Shown one piece after another: positions 23,820-35,800 of a stretch of 64,000 nucleotides of DNA. Below the pieces are notes generated by a model. The model was not told the DNA's origin and ran no database searches. It worked only from the letters and a program-made list of their open reading frames with translations. Both the position numbers and the translations under genes were made by a program. Source of the stretch: Scenedesmus sp. PABB004 (taxonomy: Eukaryota); the NCBI GenBank assembly GCA_014905635.1, contig CM026547.1, positions 3,348,001 to 3,412,000 on the forward strand, in the 5' to 3' direction. Numbering within the stretch: position 1 is the first letter of the stretch; each line of letters starts with the position of its first letter.

Positions 23820-25106
23820 TCAATTGCGCGCGCGAGCTCCGCGGTCAGGCGGCCGCGCACGGCCCCGGCAGCGCCTCGCGCCCGCACTTGAGCGACTCCT
23901 TGGCCTGGCGCAGCTGCAGCTCCTCCGCCGACAGCTCGTGCGCCGCCGCCCGCGGCTGCACCGCGCTGAGCAGGGAGTGCCGCATGCGCGCCATCACGCC
24001 CAGCCCGCCGCCGCCTGCCGGCTGCTGCGGCTGCGACGACTGCTGCTGCTGCTGCTGCTGCTGGCCGAGCAGGCCCATCAGCATGTCCAGCGCCGGGGTC
24101 GGCCGCGCGGCGAGCTGCTGCCAGCGCGCGCACACCGCCAGGTCGCCAGCGGAGGTGAGGAACAGCACGAGCTCCTCGCTGCTGACCAGCGCCGGGTGGT
24201 TTGCCACGGCGCAGATGTAAGCCTGCGCGGGGAGGGGGCGGAAGGGGAGGGGGAGGTCGGCGGGCGGCGCCGCGGGGCCGGCGCCGCGCGGCGGCCCGCG
24301 CGCGCCTGCAGGTCGGCGCGGCGCAGGAAGGTGTTGCGCTCAAAGACGCCGTCCAGCAGCAGCGGCGCGCCCTTGTCCGGCAGCGGCGGCAGGAACAGCC
24401 CCCGGTGGTGCGCGCGCAGCAGGCCGTGCAGGGCCGAAAAGTCGGCGAAGCGCCGGCGCACGTCAAACGCGGCGAGGCCGTCCGCATTGAGCGCCGCCGC
24501 GGGCGAGGCCGCCACGTAGGCGCTGGCCGTCGTGTGCGTGCGCACCAGGTAGGTCACGCCGCCGCCGCCGCCGAGCGCGGCGCCGACGCCGCCGCCGCCG
24601 CGGCGCTCGCCGCGCTCGGGGTCGCGCACCCACACCTTGACCTGCAGCTCGCTCGGGTCGCTGCCCCCGAGCGGCGGCGCTGCGTCCGGCGCGCCGCCGC
24701 CGCCGGGCAGCAGCGGCACCGCGCCCGGCGCGCCGCCGCCGCCGGGCAGCAGCGGCACCGCGCCCGGCGCGCCGCCGCCGCTGCTGCTGCTGCTGCCTGG
24801 TGGCGCGGCGGCGTCGGGCGCGCCGCCGCCGCTGCCCGGCGGCGCGGCTGCGTCCGGCGCGCCGCCGCCGCCGCCGCTGCTGCCGCCCGGCGGCGCGGCG
24901 CCCGCGGTGGATGGCCGTGCCGGCGGCGCTGGAGCAGGCAGGTCCGACTCGTCATCGGTCAGGCTGATGGTCGCCAGGCCCAGCTCCTGCTGCTGCGGCT
25001 CCCCGGGCGCGGCGGGCGCCGCGTCAGCGCCGGCGCCGAAAAAGGGGTTGGGGGCGCCTGGCGGCGGGCTGTCGTCGAGAGAGAACGCCGCCATCTGCCG
25101 CTCCAT
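22822..25106 (-). CDS. Sorting nexin (PX + BAR/Vps5-like)
   Basis: PX motif VWVRDPE...VTYLVRT...VRRRFADFSALHGLLRAHHRGLFLPPLPDK. BAR-like end ARQTYALLKDRNESELVRL...AELWGGLA; stop at 22822-22824 and TGTAA at 22786-22782. Confidence 0.88.
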
Positions 25107-25468
25107 GGCCGCGAGCGGCGGGGGTGACCGCGTGCGGCGGAGCGCGCGGCGGGACGCGGCAGCAGCAGCAGCACGCCGCGCTGCGGGGCGTGGCGGTGCC
25201 GGCGCGACCCGGGGGCCACCGCTCGCCGACGAAGGGGATGTGGACTGCGGACCACGGCCCGTGCGACAGCGGCGGCACCCGGCGGCGCTCGGCCAGGGTG
25301 TGGCGGCGCAAAGTCTCGCCGCGCGGTCGCCGCGCGCAACAGCGGCCGCCCCGCAAGCTTTCCCAGGCCACAGCACGATCGCCTGACCTTCTCCACCCTC
25401 CTCCTTTTGCACGCGAGCGAACGCGAGCTCGGCCCCCGCTCTTGGGCGCCTGCGCGCGCCGGGGCGCC

Positions 25469-27382
25469 ATGGCGGCCCCCGACATGATCTACACGCGGGG
25501 CGCGCCGGGCGACGCGGACAACCGCGGCGAGTCGCTGGTGCGCCGCGCGGCGCGGCGCCGGCGCCGGCGGCGCCGGCGGCGGCGCCGGCGGCCGCGCGCT
25601 GCTGCGCTGCTGCGCCGCCCCGGCCCCGCTGCCCGCCCAGCGCCGAGCCCAGGCGCCCCGCAGCGCACCCCCGGCCCGGCGGCGGCGCCGGCGCGCCGGC
25701 TGCGTTGCCGCAGCTCGCTGCTCGCGGCGGGCCGCCCACGCCGCCGCTGCCGCCGCCGCCCGCGCGGCGCCCCGCAGGTCCAGCAGCACGCGGCCAAGGT
25801 GCAGCAGCAGAAGGAGACGGTGGCCATGGAGAAGCTGCGCCAGCTGATGCCGCAGCAGGGCGACGTTGTGCGCGCGCTCGCGCTCGCCAAGGCGGAGTGG
25901 GACATCGACCGCGCGGTCGCGATGCTGCGCAGCTTCCAGGTCGCGCACCTGGACAAGGTCAACGCCCTCAACAAGGTGCGTACCCCTGCGCGCGCGGCGG
26001 CGCAGGTGCCGCGCGGCGGCCACCGGCGCCGCCTGCGCCGCCTGCCCTGCGCGCCGCGCGCCGCGCCCACGCGCGCCGCGCCCACGCGGGGTCGCGCAGA
26101 AGCGCAAGAAGATCCGCGAGGCGATCGAGGGCTACGACAGCGGCGCAGAGGACGGCGGCGGCGGGCCCGCGCCGAGCAAGAGCAGCGGCAGCAGCGACGA
26201 CGGCGGCAGCGGCAGCGACAGCGACGGCAGCAGAGGCGACAAGAAGGCGCGCGCGCCGCGCCGCGGCGGCGGCGGTGCGCGGGCGCGCGGGCGCGGCGCT
26301 GCTGCGGCCGCGCGGCGGCGCGCCCACGCCGCCGCGGCGCGCCCCGCGCGCGCAGGGCAAGGAGAGCCGGCGGCGGCGCAGCAGCAGCAAAAAGGAGAAA
26401 AAGGACAAGAAGGACAGGAGCAAGAGCAGCAAGCGTGGCAAGGAGAAGAAGGAGAAGCGGGACAGGCGCAAGAAGCGGCGGCACGACGGCAGCAGCTCCG
26501 ACGACGACGGCGGCGGCGACCGCAAGGCGCGCCAGAAGCTCACGCACACCGAGGTGCGGCGCCGCCGCGCCGGGGCAGCGCGCCCCGCCGACGCCTCGCT
26601 CACGCCCTCGCCTCCCTTCCACGCCCCCCGCCCCCGTCCCGCCCCGCGCCGCGCGCGCGCGCGCGCGCGCAGGACTTTGGTCGCTACGGCTACCTGCGCG
26701 AGGGCGACCAGCACACCAAGGAGGCGGAGTTCATGCTCTGGGCGACCGAGGCAAAGGGCGCCAACCTGGAGGTGCTGGGCAAGGCCGACGAGAAGGCGCT
26801 GTGGGCGCAGTACGTCGAGGACTTCAACACCGGCACGCTGCCAGACAAGTGCGCCGCGGCGGGGCACAGGGCGGCGGGGCGCGCGCGACGCGCCGCTGGC
26901 GGCGCAGGCGAGCGCCAGGCCAGCGCCGAGCGCCCCCCGCCCCGTGCCGCCGCGCAGGAAGTACTACGACCTGGACGCGTGGCAGCGCAGCGAGGCGGCC
27001 AAGGCGCGCGGCGCGGGCGGCGCCGCCGCCGGCGCGGGCGCGGGCGCCGCGTTTGACGCGCGCGCGGACGAGGCGGCGCTCGCAAAGGCGCGCGCCGAGG
27101 AGCGGCGGCGCATCGCGGAGGGGCGGCTGAACGAGGCGTACGTGGTGCTGAAGCACACCGACCGCGCCAAGGACATGCGCGACCAGGAGGTGCGGCTCGC
27201 TCGGGCGGCGGCGGGGGCGCGCGCTGCCGGCCAGGGCTGGCCGGCCGACGCCGCGCCGCTCCGCGCCCCGCCCCGCGCAGCTGCTGCGCGCGGAGATGAC
27301 GCTGGCGTACAAGACCGGCGACAAGGCCAAGGCGCAGCGCATCTACGAGCGCCTGCTGCCCGACGATCAGAAGAAGAAGTGA
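25469..27382 (+). CDS. Conserved hypothetical nuclear protein with UBA-like N-terminus and Lys-rich tract
   Basis: UBA-like VVRALALAKAEWDIDRAVAML; KKEKKDKK tract; block FGRYGYLRE...EFMLWATEAK...YVEDFNTGTLPDKKYYDLDAW resembles uncharacterised eukaryotic proteins. Confidence 0.75.
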
Positions 27383-27776
27383 TCGTCGTCGGCAGCGGGC
27401 GCGCGGCGCGGCGGCGTGCGCTGCGGCCGCGCCAGGCGCGGCGGGCGCTCCCCTCCCCGCCGCCGCTCGAGCGAATCTGGCGGCGTGCGCCGAGTCGACG
27501 GTGACGGCCTGTGGTCCGCGAAGACGCGCTCACTCCGCGTTTAGGCCTCCGCCGCGCTTTGGGCGCGGGGCGTCAACTCCCCGCCGCCGCCCGCTGGAGT
27601 GCTGCTGCGCGCTGCGGCCGCCGCCGCTCAGTCCTGCACCCCAGCAGACACCCCGCAGACCCATCGCGCCCCACGCCCACGCCGCCAGAAAGCCCAGGCA
27701 GCTCTCCCCAGGCAGCAGCCCCCGCCTGGCCCGCTGAGCGCGCGCAGGCCCGCGCGGCCGCGCGGGAGACGGCGCC

Positions 27777-28944
27777 ATGACGGACTCGACCGATGACTTT
27801 GGCTACGCGGCCACCAACTACAACCTGGCGGGCCTGGTCGACGACTGCAACCTGCTCGGCGCGGTGCTCGACGACTGCGTCAAGGCCGAGGTCGGCACGG
27901 AGCTGTTCAGCAAGATCGAACGCATCCGCAGCCTCGCACAATGCGCGGCGCAGCTGGCCAACAAAAACGATGCGGTGCGGGCCATCACCGGGCGCAGAGC
28001 AACAGCCCTAGGGGCCCCACGCGCCAGCGCGCGCCCCCAGCGGCGCGTGGAGGCCTGGCCGTCCCCCGCGCCGCAGCTGGGCCGCGCCGCGGCCCGCCTA
28101 GGCCACGGGCGGCGCCTGAGTGCCCCGGGCATCTGCTGCTGCTGCCGCCCCGCAGGGCGCCTCGCGCATGCTCTCGCAGCGCATGGCCGACGAGCTCATG
28201 AACATGAGCCTGGATGAGGCCATGCCCCTCACGCGCGCGCTGGGGCACTACCTGAGCCTCACGAGCATCGCCGAACTGCACCACAGGCGCGGCGCGGCGC
28301 GGCGCGCCGAGCGCGGCGGCGGCACGCAGGCGGCGCCAGCAGCGCCAGCAGTGCTAGCTCCGCCAGCAGCGCCGGCGCCCGCGCTCAGCGCCCGCGGCCG
28401 GCCTCCTGCGCAGGGTGCGGCGCGCGCGCAACGAGGGCAAGAACCCCAAGACCTGCGACGAGACGTTTGAGCGCCTCGTGACGGAGGGCGTCGACCCGGA
28501 CGACCTCTACCACGAAATCACACACCAGGCGCGCACACCTGCCGGCGGGCGCGCAGCTGCCGGCGGCGCGCCCGGCGGCGCAGCCGGGCGGGCCGCGCGT
28601 GCTGGTGGGCCGCAGCAGGCGCCGGCGCGCCCCGCTGACCCTGTCCGCCCGCCCGCCCGCCCGCTCCTCCGCGCGGCGCCGCAGACCGTGGAGATCGTGC
28701 TGACGGCGCACCCGACCCAGGTCAACCGCCGCACGCTGCAGTACAAGCACAGCAAGATCGCGGCGCTGCTCACGCAGCACGACCGGCCCGACCTGACCTC
28801 GGAGGAGCGGGACAGCGTGATCCAGGACCTCGTGCGCGAGGTCACGGCGCTGTGGCAGACCGACGAGCTGCGCCGCCAGCGCCCCACGCCCGTGGATGGT
28901 GAGCGCCGGCGGCGGCGGCGGCGCTTGCAGCGGCGGCGGCTGGC

Positions 28945-28992
<48 letters not shown>

Positions 28993-31900
28993 GCCCACCG
29001 CGCACGCGCGCGCCCCCGCCCGCAGAGGCGCGCGGCGGGCTGCACGTGGTGGAGCAGAGCCTGTGGGCGGCGGTGCCGTCGTTCCTGCGCCGCCTGAGCG
29101 CGGCGCTGAAGAAGCACACGGGGCGGGAGCTGCCGCTCAACGCGACGCCGATCAAGTTTGGCAGCTGGATGGGCGGCGACCGCGACGGCAACCCCAACGT
29201 CACCGCGCAGACGACGCACCACGTCGTCGCGCTCAGCCGCTGGATGGCCGCCGACCTCTACCTGCGCGAGGTCGATGTGCTGCGCTTCGAGGTGCGCGCC
29301 AGCCAGCCAGCGCCCGCCCGCCCGCGCGCGCGCGCGCCGCGCCGCGTGCTGCGCGCCGCGCCGCCGGCGGGCCGTGTGCTGCGCGCCGCGCCGCCGGCGG
29401 ACCGTGTGCTGCGCGCCGCGCGCCCTGGCCCATGCGTGCCGCCCGCGCCGCGCGCCGCCCGCGCCCGCTGCAGCTGTCGATGAGCCAGTGCAGCGACGAC
29501 GTGTGGCGCATGGCGCGGGAGATCATGGACGACGCGCGGCACCGCGACGACGTCGTCGACGCGGCGGCGCAGAAGCTCGCCATGTTCACGCACGCCGCCA
29601 ACAGCGACGGCCAGCTGCCCGACGGTGCGCGCGCGCGTGCGCTCGCAGCGGCCGCGACGGCAGCGGCGGCGGCGGCGGCTGCTGCGCCGCCCCCGCCGCG
29701 CGCCGCTCAGGCCTCCCCGCCGCGCCGCGCCGCGCGGCAGGCATGGTCATGGGCACGCGGCCCGGCGCGGCGGGCGAGAGCGTGGCGCTGGCGAGCGAGG
29801 CGAGCGTGACCGTGCCGCACGAGCTGCCGGGCCAGGACCCCGAGGGCGGCAGCGAGGTCAACTTTGCGCTGGGCGGCGACGACTCGAGCAGCGCCGCCGC
29901 GACGCCGCGCGCCGACCCCTCGTCCTCGGGCGGCGGCGCCACGTTCTCCTCGGCCGGCGGCGCCGCCGAGGACGGCCCGCTCTCGCCGCCGTCCCAGGTC
30001 CCCGCGCTCGCCGGCGCGGCGGGCGGCGCGAGCGACGACGGCGCCGGCCCCGGCCTCGGCGGCAGCTGGCAGGACCTGCACAAGCTGCGCTCGCAGAGCG
30101 TGCGCGTCAACGCGCTGCAGGCGCACTTCACCGGCGACGCCGCGCCGCCGACGGGCGCGGAGCGCCGGCGCTTCTACAGCCGCACCACGACCGAGGCGCT
30201 GAAGAAGGCGCACAAGCAGCACCACACCGGCGCGCACCCCTACCGCGTGGTCCTGGGCGAGGTGCGGCGCAAGCTGCTCAACACGCGGCGCCGCATGGAG
30301 GAGATGCTCAACGGCGCCGCCGACGGGCCCCTGCACGGCGGCGGCGACGACGACGACGACTGGTACTCCCACGAGCAGCAGCTCGCGCAGCCCCTGCTTG
30401 CCGTCTACTGGTGCGCGGCGCGCGCGGGGGCGCGGGCGGGCCGCGCGGGGCGCGCTGCGCGGCGCGCGGGGCCACCCCGGCCGGCGCGGGGCCCCTCGGC
30501 CGGCGGCGCTGCCGCCGCGCGCGTGCCGCGCGTCACGCGCGTCCCCCCGCCCGCGCGCCGCGCGTCGCCGGCGTCACGCAGGTCGCTGTGGGAGTGCGGG
30601 GGCGGCATGATCGCCGACGGGCGGCTGCTGGACCTCATCCGCCGCGTGTACAGCTTCGGCATGTCCCTGCTCAAGCTGGACATACGCCAGGAGTCGACGC
30701 GCCACGCCGACGCGCTCGACGCGGTCACCACGCACCTGGGGTACGGCTCGTACAAGGCCTGGGACGAGGACACCAAGTGCGAGTGGCTCACGCGCGAGCT
30801 CGAGACGCGGCGGCCCCTCATCCCCCTCAACATGCCCATGACAGACGAGGTGGGGCGTCAGAGCGGCGCGGCGGCGGCACGGCGCGGCGGCGGCGCTTTG
30901 GTGGCGGCGCGGCGCGCCTGCTGCCGCCCGCGCGCCGGGGCCGACGCGCGCGCCGCTGCCGGCGCGCCGCGCCGCGCAGGTGCGCGAGGTGCTGGACACG
31001 TGCCGCGTCGCGGCGCGCCTCGGCACGAGCAGCCTCGCCGCGTACGTCATCAGCATGAGCCAGGCCGCGAGCGACGTGCTGGCGGTGGAGCTGCTGCAGA
31101 AGGAGGCGCGCCTCATGGTGCGCCGCGCCGCGCCGCGCCGCGCCGCGCCGCGCGCCCGCCCGGCCGCGCGCCCACCCGCGACCCGCGGCGCCCGCGCGGC
31201 GCAGGTCGCGGCGGAGACGGGCAAGGCGCCGGACCACGCCAACTCGCTGCGCGTGGTGCCGCTGTTTGAGACGCTCGGCGACCTCGACGCCTCGGCGGGC
31301 GTCATGCGGCGCCTGTTTGACAACCCCTGGTACCGCGCCCACCTGCGCACCGTGCACGACAACCACCAGGAGGTCATGCTCGGCTACAGCGACAGCGGCA
31401 AGGACGCCGGCCGCCTCGCCGCCAACTGGGCGCTCTACCGGTGCGCGACGCCTGCGCCAGCGCATGCCCGCGCCAGCGCCAGCAGCCGGCCGCGCGCGGC
31501 GCGCGCGCAGCGGCCGCGCGCGCGCGCCCGCCCGCCCTGCACGCCCTGCCCTCTCCCCAACACCCCTCCCGCCGCCTCGCCCGCCCGCTCCCGCCCGCCT
31601 CTCCCGCGCGCAGCGCCCAGGAGAGCCTCGTGTCGATCGCCAAGGGCGCGGGCGTGAAGCTCAACCTCTTCCACGGCCGCGGCGGCACGGTCGGCCGCGG
31701 CGGCGGGCCGACGTACCTCGCGATCCAGTCGCAGGCCCCCGGCAGCGTGGAGGGCCAGTTCCGCATCACCGAGCAGGGCGAGATGGTGCAGGCCAAGTTT
31801 GGCATCCCCATCGTCGCGCAGAACCAGCTCGAGATCTACACCACCGCCGTGCTGCTCGCGAGCATCAAGCCCCCGAGCGCGCCGCGCGTCGAGGCGTGGC

Positions 31901-33402
31901 GCGACAACATGAACCTGCTCGGCGACCTCTCGTGCCGCGCATACAGGCGCGCCGCGCCGCCGCGGGCGCGGCCGCGCCGCAGCACGGAGCACACACAGCA
32001 CGCGCGGAGCGCAGCACAGCACACGTGCGCCGTCGCTGACGCGCCGCTGCCGCGCGCTCACGTGCCGCGCGCTCGCCGTGCCGCGCCGCGCAGGTCGGTC
32101 GTGTTTGAGCACCCCCACTTCATCAGCTACTTCAGCGCCGCGACGCCCGAGAGCGAGCTGGGCAACCTTAACATCGGCTCCCGCCCCGCGCGGCGCAAGG
32201 TCGGCGCGAGCGTGCACAACCTGCGCGCCATCCCCTGGATCTTTGCCTGGACGCAGACCCGCCTCATCCTGCCCAGCTGGCTCGGCGTCGGCGACGCGCT
32301 CAACCAGCTCATCAAGGAGGTGCGCGCGAGCAAAAACGACCGTTCCAGCAGCGCCCACGCGCAGCGGCGCCTCCTGGGGCAAGGAGGCGGGCCGCCGCAC
32401 GCCTCCACGCGCAGCAGCGCGCGCCGCGGGGGCCCGGCCGCCGCGCGGCGCCCGTTCCCTCCGCCGGGCCGCCGCCAGCGCCGCCGCGCGGCCGCGCCGG
32501 CACCTCGGCAGCGCCGGCGATGCGCGAGGCAGCGCACGGCGCCCAGCGCGGCCCGTCGCACTCGGCGCGCGGGCGCGCGGGGCTGGGGGAGACCGCGAGT
32601 GCCCGGGTCGGGCGGGCCGCGCAGCGCCGGTTCGCCGCGCCCCGTCGGCGTCCAAGAGCTCCCGTGCGGCCCCGCTGCCCTCTCACCTCTCCCCGCGCCC
32701 CGCCCCGCCCCTGCCCCGCGTGCGCCGCGCCGCGCGCAGGGCAAGAAGGCGGAGCTGCAGAAGATGTACGAGGAGTGGCCCTTCTTTGCGGCGACGGTGG
32801 ACCTGATTGAGATGATCCTGGCCAAGGCCGACATGCGCATCGCGGGCCTCTACGACGACGTGCTCGTCGACGATGCCGCCGGCAAGAAGCTCGGCAGCGA
32901 GCTGCGCCAAAAGTTCACAGACACCGTGCGCGCGATCTGCGAGGTGCGTGCGGCGCGCGGCGCGCCCGCGGCGGGGGCCGGCCCTCCCGGCCGCCGCCCT
33001 GCGAGGCCCGGCCGGCGCGCGCGCCTGACAGAACTCGACCCGGCCCGGCCCGCACGGCGCGCGCCGCGCGCAGGTGACGGGCCACGAGCGGCTGCTGCAG
33101 GACAACCCCGCGCTGCGGCGGCTGATTGAGATGCGCAACCCCTACATCGACCCGATCAACATCCTGCAGGTGAGCGCACGCACGCATGGAAACGGGGCCG
33201 CGCCGCGCCGCGCCGCGCCGCGCCACGTGCGCTGCCGCTCGGCCGCTGCGGCGCGCCGTGCGGCCGGCGCCCACCCGCCGCCGCGCCGCCGCAGGTGGAG
33301 GTGCTGCGCCGCGCGCGCGCCGACCCGCGCAACGCGCGGCTGCGCGAGGCGCTGCTCATCACCATCAACGGCATCGCCGCGGGCATGCGCAACACGGGCT
33401 GA
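27777..33402 (+). CDS. ppc: Phosphoenolpyruvate carboxylase, bacterial-type (Ppc2/BTPC class)
   Basis: [70 protein letters not shown], and C-terminal [14 protein letters not shown]. N-terminus is MTDSTDD; long disordered insert. Confidence 0.97.
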
Positions 33403-33661
33403 GCGCGAGCGCGCGGGCCCTGACGGGGCGTCGACCTGGCGCACGGCAGGGGGGAGGGGGCGGCAGGCGCGGCGGGCGCAGCGTGGCGCGCAGCAGAGTA
33501 TTCATTGGCATTGACATGCACATTTCGGGGGCGGCAGGCGAGGGCGGGCGGCACCGGCGTCGGCCGGGCGCGGGCCGCCGGCAGGGATGGCGGGGCCGAG
33601 CGTCCGTCAGGCGCTGCAGTGCACCCACCGCATGGCGTGCAAGCACGCGCAGCTGGCCGGC

Positions 33662-33666
33662 TGTAA
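33662..33666 (+). promoter_or_regulatory. TGTAA green-algal polyadenylation signal (PEPC)
   Basis: TGTAA 260 nt after the PEPC stop. Equivalent signals occur at 16099-16103 (+), 51809-51813 (+), 22782-22786 (-), 45934-45938 (-) and 18061-18065 (-). Confidence 0.65.
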
Positions 33667-33841
33667 CGCACGAATGCTCGAGCCTCGCGCGACGGCTCGG
33701 CGTGAGTGGCGCCGGAGCGCGAGTTGACTGCGCGCTGAGTTTGACCACGGGTTGACTGCGCGCCGGAGCCTCACGCTCGGCAGCCGCCCGCCGCGCGCCG
33801 TCGGCCCGCGCCCTGGACTGCGCTCCAGCGGACGACGGTCC

Positions 33842-34308
33842 TGCCTGGACGCAGACCCGCCTCATCCTGCCCAGCTGACTCGGCGTCGGCGACGCGCTCA
33901 ACCAGCTCATCAAGGAGGTGCGCGCGAGCAAAAACGACCGTTCCAGCAGCGCCCACGCACAGCGGCGCCTCCTGGGGCAAGGAGGCGGGCCGCCGCACGC
34001 CTCCACGCGCAGCAGCGCGCGCCGCGGGGGCCCGGCCGCCGCGCGGCGCCCGTTCCCTCCGCCGGGCCGCCGCCAGCGCCGCCGCGCGGCCGCGCCGGCA
34101 CCTCGGCAGCGCCGGCGATGCGCGAGGCAGCGCACGGCGCCCAGCGCGGCCCGTCGCACCCGGCGCGCGGGCGCGCGGGGCTGGGGGAGACCGCGAGTGC
34201 CCGGGTCGGGCGGGCCGCGCAGCGCCGGTTCGCTGCCCCCCGCCGGCGTCCAAGAGCTCCCGTGCGGCCCCGCTGCCCTCTCACCTCTCCCCGCGCCCGC
34301 CCCGCCCC
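33842..34308 (+). pseudogene. Direct duplicate of a PEPC exon end plus most of the following intron (source ~32244-32710)
   Basis: Near-identical ~467 bp. The copy has TGG>TGA in the LPSW codon and several other substitutions, and lacks the intron acceptor. Confidence 0.92.
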
Positions 34309-34400
34309 GCGCGCCCCCGCGCCCGCGCCCGCGCCCGCCCGCGCCCGCCTCCGCGGCCCGCCGGCCCCGCCCCTCACCCTCACCCCACCCAACCCACGCC

Positions 34401-35800
34401 ATGGCTCCCACCCTCTCCCTGCACGCGGCGCTGGCCGTGCTGCTGCTGGCGGCGGCCGCGCCGCGCCCGGGCGCCGCCTGGAAGCGCGGCCGCGCGACGT
34501 TCTACGGCAACGAGCCCTGGTACTGGAGCATCCACCACGGCAGTGAGCGCGCTGTGCCGGCGGCTGCCGACGGCGCGGCGGCGCGCCCGCCGCCGCGCGC
34601 GCAAGCCTGGCCCGCCGGCGCTCCCCGACCGTCTGCCGCCCCGCCCCGCCCCCGCTGGCCAGGCTGCGGCCTGGGCTACCAGTGGCCCGACCAGGGCACG
34701 GGCTGGAACGTCGCGGCGCTGGCCGACACGCACCCCGACTACCGCGGGAGCTGCGGCGCGTGCTACGAGGTGCGCTGCGACAGCGCCGTGCTGCGGGACG
34801 GCTACGGCGACTCCATCGACCGCACCGGCGCCTGCCGCGACCCCGAGGCCTCGGTGATTCTCAAGATCACAGACACCTGCCCCTGCACCTACAGGCGCGC
34901 GCGCTGCCGCGCGCCCGTCGCCGCGCGCCGCGCGCGCGCCGCCCCGCCGCCGCTGCCGCGGTCGCCCAGCCACGGCCGCGGCTGGCTCGCTCGCTGGCTA
35001 CAGGAACAACTACTACTCCAACAAGCGCTGGTGCTGCGGCGACATGGTGCGCGCCGCGCTGGGTGGCACGCGCGCGCGCGCGCGCGCACCGGTGCCGCGC
35101 CCAGCGCGCGACGCGCGCCACCGGCCGAGCGCGGCGCCCGCCCCGCCCCGCCCCGCCCGCGGCGCGCCAGGACCACATGGACGTGTCTGTCTGGGTGTTT
35201 CAGGCCCTCACCGACATGAAGTGGGGTGAGCGCCGCGCGCCGCCGCCGCCGCGCGCCGCGGCCTCGCGCTGGCGCCGGCCCACGCCCGCCGCCCGCCGCC
35301 TCGCCGCCGCCTCGCCGCCGCCGCGCCCGCGCCTGCGACCAGGCGTGGTGCCGATCGAGTACCGGCGCGTGGACTGCGGCGCGCAGCCCGCCAAGCGCGC
35401 GGGCGGCGCGAACTTCCCCGGCGAGTGAGTGTCACTGGCTGGACGCCCCCCCCCCCCCCCCGCGCCGCCCTGGCCTGGCCCGCGTGCCGCGCCGCCGCCG
35501 CGGGCGGCCCACCCGCGCCCGCGCGCCGCGCCGCCGCCGTGGGCGGCCCACCTCGGCCCGCCCGCCTGCCCGCCCGCCTGCTGCGCGCGCGCATCGCCGC
35601 GCGCCAGGTTCCCACCCAAGGCCCTCGCCGGCAGCCGCCCGGGCTTCGACTGGCACAAGGCCTTCCCCAGCGGCGGCTACCTCAACGCCCACGCCGGCGA
35701 CGGCAGCAAACTCGTGAGCGTCGATGATTTCCTGCGCATGGCCGGCCGCGCCAGCGGCGGGGGTGGCGGCGGCGGCGGGTACGCGCAGTTTGGCAAGTGA
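34401..35800 (+). CDS. Secreted expansin-like (DPBB/RlpA-fold) protein, 6 exons
   Basis: Signal peptide MAPTLSLHAALAVLLLAAAAP, then WKRGRATFYG, GCGLGY, GSCGACYEVRC, ITDTCPC, WCCGDMDHMDVS and GVVPIEYRRVDC. Confidence 0.88.
35425..35607 (+). repeat. Intron of the expansin-like gene, homologous to ODC intron 38482-38608
   Basis: Shared GTGAGTG..TCACTG.CTGG.CGC, ccgccctggcctggcc, gccgcgccgccgccgcgggcggcccacccgcgcccgc and terminal cgcgccAG. Confidence 0.8.

Noticed and set aside
29340..29420. 30-bp tandem repeat gccgtgtgctgcgcgccgcgccgccggcgg (~3 copies) in a PEPC intron
   Set aside because: Ordinary minisatellite without spacers; not CRISPR-like.
27777..33402. Recent horizontal transfer of PEPC from bacteria
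   Set aside because: Bacterial-type PEPC is an established green-lineage isoform, and this gene has many spliceosomal introns and host-like composition.
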